Shown here in pieces: positions 20,200 through 24,212 of a stretch of DNA of 24,212 nt. The stretch comes from an uncultured cyanobacterium. Lineage in GTDB: Bacteria; Cyanobacteriota; Cyanobacteriia; Cyanobacteriales; Microcystaceae. The stretch covers positions 1 through 24,212 of the forward strand of contig CAWEDJ010000091.1 of the NCBI GenBank assembly GCA_963807635.1, given 5' to 3'. Position numbers and translations under genes: made by a program. Below the pieces are notes generated by a model. It was not told the DNA's origin and searched no databases. It saw only the letters and a program-made list of their open reading frames with translations. Numbering within the stretch: position 1 is the stretch's first letter; every line of letters starts with the position of its first letter.

Positions 20200-21264
20200 A
20201 TGGTTAGTCTCTTACTTGCTGGCGATATTGGCGGAACGAAGACCATTTTACGTCTGGTCAAATCCGAGATAGTTGAGGTTTTTCCTAAACAAATCACACT
20301 CTATGAGCAGACCTATTCAAGTCAAGCTTTTGCGGATTTAGTGCCGATGGTTCAGCAATTTTTCCAAGCGGCTACAGACGAACTAGGGGAAGTTTTCAAA
20401 GTTAAAAATATCGAAAAAGCTTGTTTTGGAATTGCTGGCCCCGTTGTTAACAATACTTCTGAATTAACTAATTTAAGTTGGTTATTATCGGGAGAAAGAT
20501 TAGCTGCGGAATTGGACATTGATCAAGTTCTGTTAATTAATGATTTTGCGGCGGTGGGCTATGGCGTGTTGGGTTTAGCCCCAGAAGATTTGTATTGTCT
20601 GCAAGATGTGCCGAAAGATCCCCAAGGTGCGATCGCGGTTCTGGGTGCAGGAACAGGATTAGGACAAGGTTATCTGATTCCGCAGTCATCGGGAAAATAT
20701 CGCGTGTTTCCCAGTGAAGGTTCCCATGCCGATTTCCCATCCCGTTCTGATGTAGAGTTTCAACTGATCACTTATCTGAAAGAGCGTTACCACCTGGAAC
20801 GAATTTCCACCGAAAGAGTGGTCTCAGGCATTGGTATTGCTTCAATTTACGAATTTTTACGCGACCAGATTCCGCCGACGAGTCAGCAAGCCTAAGTGAA
20901 ATTTATCAAATCTGGCAGCAAGAAATCGGCAAAAGCGAAAAAACAGTCGATCTTTCCGTCGAAGTCTCCCAAGCCGCCCTTGCGGGGAATGATTACCTTG
21001 CGGGTCAGGCATTTAAACTCTTTGTCGAAGCCTATGGAGCCGAAGCAGGGAATTTAGCCCTCAAACTCTTACCCTACGGCGGTCTCTATGTGGCGGGGGG
21101 AATCGCACCGAAAATTTTACCCCTATTGCAAAATGGGAATTTTATGAAGGGCCTTTCATGACAAGGGAAGAATGCGGACTCTGATGGAGAAATTTCCTGT
21201 TTACATTGTTCTCAATGCTAAGGTGGGTCTAATTGGAGCCGCAATTTGTGCCGCCCAGCTTTAA
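20200..21264 (+). CDS. glk: Glucokinase; frameshifts near 20880 and 21150
   Basis: [32 protein letters not shown]; downstream frames give [27 protein letters not shown] and VGLIGAA. Confidence 0.93.
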
Positions 21265-21326
21265 TTAAGTTGTTATCATTTTTTAAGTTCCAGTTTTATT
21301 TTTGATGAGAAGAATCTGAAATTCCT

Positions 21327-21719
21327 ATGTCTTCCGAAATTCCTAATATTAGAGAAATTGAATTTGAGCAGACTCTCTCGACAATAGAGCGATCGCTATT
21401 AGCGTTAAAGGAACGTTATGGAGCGGTGCAGACTGCTGAAATTGAACAAGAAAATTTAACCAAGCATCGTCAAGAGATTGAAGCCCAATGGCAAGAAAAT
21501 CAGTTACCTGAATTAGAACAGGAATTACAACACATCAATGAACAGTTGCAAGAACTCAGCGTCACCCTAGAAAGTCACTTATTATCGGAAGCCGCTCTAC
21601 AAGATCTTTTCTGGAAAGGATTGCGTCAGGGGATTTTAGGAGAAGCTTTTTGGCAAATTGTTCGCTTTGGTGGGGTGGGTCTGGTTCTGGGCTGGCTATT
21701 AAAATCCTGGGCGGGCTAA
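21327..21719 (+). CDS. Hypothetical coiled-coil protein with C-terminal membrane anchor
   Basis: Glu/Gln-rich heptads followed by FWQIVRFGGVGLVLGWLLKS. Confidence 0.8.
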   Translation: MSSEIPNIREIEFEQTLSTIERSLLALKERYGAVQTAEIEQENLTKHRQEIEAQWQENQLPELEQELQHINEQLQELSVTLESHLLSEAALQDLFWKGLRQGILGEAFWQIVRFGGVGLVLGWLLKSWAG

Positions 21720-21770
21720 ATTAGTCGTATTCTTTAGTTGAAATACCATAGCGGAATCTTTGTTGAGGTT

Positions 21771-21839
21771 GCGATCGCGAATGATGATGATTGACAACCC
21801 TTCAAGGAATTAGTAGAACAATTACAAACTAAAGATTAG
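21771..21839 (+). pseudogene. Possible 3' remnant of a gene (SelO/YdiU-like C-terminus) starting at a HIP1 site
   Basis: Frame from 21771 reads AIANDDD*QPFKELVEQLQTKD-stop, resembling from memory the 'AI..ED.WQPF..L' end of cyanobacterial YdiU. Confidence 0.35.
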
Positions 21840-21894
21840 AAAAATGATTTAAGATTAATAACTAATTATATACATCTAGCAAAGGTTATTTTAT

Positions 21895-23089
21895 ATGAAA
21901 ATTCAAAAATTTAGTTTTAGTCACCATCGAGAAAATTGGCATATTGATGAAGTCAGTTTTGATGATTTTAATTTATTGGTTGGCCCTTTCTGGCGTTGGT
22001 AAAACAAGAATTTTAGTGGCTTTAGAGACAATTTTTGGTGTCGCTTTGGGTAGAGAAAAGTTAAATGACTTTGAATGGACTATTGACTTTTTTCATTTAG
22101 ATGAAAGCTATACATGGTTTTTAAAAAGTGCTATTTCGGACGATAGCGATATTTTTGAGATTGAATCAAAGCAATTTGAAGTTATTGAAGAAAGACTAAC
22201 TCAACTAGAAAATAAAATAGAAATTTTTAATATAGCTTCTCTAGTCTCCAAACTAAATGAAATAGAATTACCAAAAATAAAAAAAACAGAAAGTATTTTT
22301 TCTTTGTTGCCAGAAGAAGATTTGATTTACCCTTTAGTGCAGGGATTTGAAAGAATTTTTTCTAGTAAATCTTTAAACCAAGCAGTTCAAATAATAAACA
22401 TTAATTACGATCAATTACGTTTAACTTCAAGCGAAGTTCAAAGAATAATAACTAGTTCTAATCCACTTTCAATTATACAGGATTGACTTAAGCAAAAAAT
22501 GGCTAATTTGTCACCGATAATTAAGAGTGAAATTTTATATAGAACCAAGTCTCTTTCTGAAGCTGAACATTTTGAATTTTTAAAATTTGGATTTGAAAAT
22601 GTTAAGAAAATTTATTTGGATATATTTCCAGAAATAAAAGATATAAAGATTACCAGAGAAATAATTTCAAATAATGAATCTTTAATATTTTGGGAAATTC
22701 AAGATGCTGATTCAGATAATTGGATTCCTCAAGAGCGGATGTCATCAGGAATGTTTCGGACGTTGATGTATATCATTGAAATAATGACAGCTCCAGAAGG
22801 TTCAGTCATTTTAATTGATGAATTTGACAATAGCTTAGGTATTAATTGTATGTCTGAGATAACAGATTTGATTCTCGATCATTCCTCTAATTTACAATTC
22901 ATTATTACCAGTCACCATCCCTACATTATCAATAATATTCCCTGGCAAGATTGGCAAATCGTTAGCCGAAAAGGAAGTCATATTAAAACTCAAAAAGCTA
23001 CAGAAATTTCTGCCCTTAATACTGCTTCAAGTTTAGATAAATTTACCCAATTGATTAATGTGCTGGATTCAGAGGAAATTGCAGCATGA
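21895..23089 (+). CDS. ABC/AAA_21-type ATPase (RloA/AbiLi/AriA-like); interrupted by a frameshift near 21984 and an in-frame TGA at 22484
   Basis: ATG 21895 MKIQKFSF..NLLVG joins Walker A LSGVGKT; signature MSSGM; Walker B ILIDEFDNSLG; H-loop ITSHHPY. Confidence 0.85.
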
Positions 23090-23835
23090 ATCTTTTATTT
23101 TTAGTAGAAGGAGAAAAAACGGAACCTAAAGTTTATAGAGCGTGGTTAAAACATTTATTTCCTGATTTAATTTTCGTGAACCGTCCTGAAGATATGATGG
23201 GCAACACCTGTCGAATTATTGCAGGTAATGGTTATCCGAATATGGTGAGTAAACCTAAAAATAGTTCAGCACCTTCTCGCCTAGAAGCTTGTTTAATAGA
23301 CATTAAAAATTTTAATAATGTCGATCACTTTTTTATCTGTGTTGATTCTGAAGACTATTCTTATTCAGAACGTTTTGATGAGGTGCTATCTAAACTTGAA
23401 ATACTAAAATTAGATTATAAAATAGATAATTTACAAACAGAAATTCATCTTATTATCCAAAATTGTTGTTTTGAAACCTGGGCGTTAGGCAATGCCGAAA
23501 TTTCTCAGAAATATCCTCGTATTAGAACTTCTGCCATTTGGTCAGACTTTCAAACACATTATGATATTTTCCTCAATGATCCCGAAAATTTGACTAATTT
23601 TCCAGCAGGACACCCTTTTCGGAATAAAGCAACTTTACATAGGCGATATTTAGAAATCTATTTATCAGAATTTGGTTTATCGTATCGTAAAAAAGATCCC
23701 AGGGTTGTTGCAGAAAAACAATATCTAGAAGCATTGCAAAAACGATGTAAAACTACAGATCATTTGCATAGTTTACGATTATTATTCGATATTTGGGAAC
23801 TTCTTTATAGCGGTATTCACATGAGTGAGGGGTAG
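23086..23835 (+). CDS. RloB/TOPRIM-like protein, ATPase partner
   Basis: ATGA overlap with the ATPase stop; FLVEGEKTE..Y, CVDSE (DxD-like), NCCFETWAL (RloB-like NPCFELW). Confidence 0.7.
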   Translation: MNLLFLVEGEKTEPKVYRAWLKHLFPDLIFVNRPEDMMGNTCRIIAGNGYPNMVSKPKNSSAPSRLEACLIDIKNFNNVDHFFICVDSEDYSYSERFDEVLSKLEILKLDYKIDNLQTEIHLIIQNCCFETWALGNAEISQKYPRIRTSAIWSDFQTHYDIFLNDPENLTNFPAGHPFRNKATLHRRYLEIYLSEFGLSYRKKDPRVVAEKQYLEALQKRCKTTDHLHSLRLLFDIWELLYSGIHMSEG

Positions 23836-24212
23836 TCGAATCATTATCCATCTTCATGAAAAGGTGAGTTACAGTAGCAACAATGAGTAAACCAATTATG
23901 AATATCCCTCAACGAAATTTGATTAAATGCCTCCACAATGACTTTCTCTAAATCAGCGTAAGTACGAGGTTCTCTAGAACGGATGATTTCTTTTACTTTT
24001 GACCAACAATTTTCAATCGGGGAAAAGTCAGGAGAATAGGGAGGGAGAAATTCTAGTCTAGCTCCTACCCCTTCTATTATGGGTCTAATATCTTTCTCTT
24101 TGTGGATAGAGGAATTGTCTAGTATTACGCAGGCTCCCTCCCATAAATTAGGAACTAGTAATTGAGCAATAAATGCCTCGAAGGTGAGACTATCTGATGC
24201 TCCCCATATATT
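23833..24212 (-). mobile_element. IS630/Tc1-family insertion sequence, 3' end (truncated by window edge)
   Basis: DD34E transposase ends 11 nt from TAGTCGAATC, a plausible TA-initiated terminus. Confidence 0.85.
23844..24212 (-). CDS. IS630-family transposase, C-terminal 122 aa (partial)
   Basis: Open frame NIWGASDSLTFEAF..VILDNSSIHK..FLPPYSPDFSPIENCWSKVK..NWFTHCCY; D-34-E spacing; absent from ORF track. Confidence 0.93.
   Translation of the reverse strand, partial: NIWGASDSLTFEAFIAQLLVPNLWEGACVILDNSSIHKEKDIRPIIEGVGARLEFLPPYSPDFSPIENCWSKVKEIIRSREPRTYADLEKVIVEAFNQISLRDIHNWFTHCCYCNSPFHEDG

Larger units (their letters stand above)
1854..21778. repeat. Dispersed HIP1 octamer GCGATCGC (~29 copies, manual count)
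   Basis: e.g. 1854, 1983, 2322, 3619, 4066, 5317, 8059, 10811, 13109, 15179, 17793, 20629, 21771. Confidence 0.95.

Noticed and set aside
22484..22486. Selenocysteine or programmed readthrough at the in-frame TGA
   Set aside because: No SECIS-like hairpin evident downstream, not a Cys-type catalytic position, and the region is error-prone

Overview
Cyanobacterial chromosomal window. The origin is shown by dense HIP1 octamers (GCGATCGC, ~29 by manual count), petN, ndhB and cyanoexosortase A. Most of it is housekeeping: tRNA-Val(GAC), hpt, a STAS anti-sigma antagonist, a stand-alone CheB, ndhB, a metallophosphoesterase, petN plus a small membrane-protein gene (both missing from the ORF track), tsf-rpsB with the S2 leader, the cyanoexosortase A pair, plsY-DUF3086-DUF3119, SpoIID, gdhA, pnp, a GDSL hydrolase and glk. 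There are two AT-rich, HIP1-free accessory inserts: an orphan Dam-family methylase, and an ABC/AAA ATPase plus RloB/TOPRIM-like gene pair. The pair is a candidate AbiL/PARIS-like anti-phage system and directly abuts an IS630 element at the right edge. Many genes (ndhB, DUF3119, pnp, GDSL, glk, the ATPase) carry small frameshifts, most likely sequencing/assembly indels. Family assignments come from motif recognition only; no searches were run.
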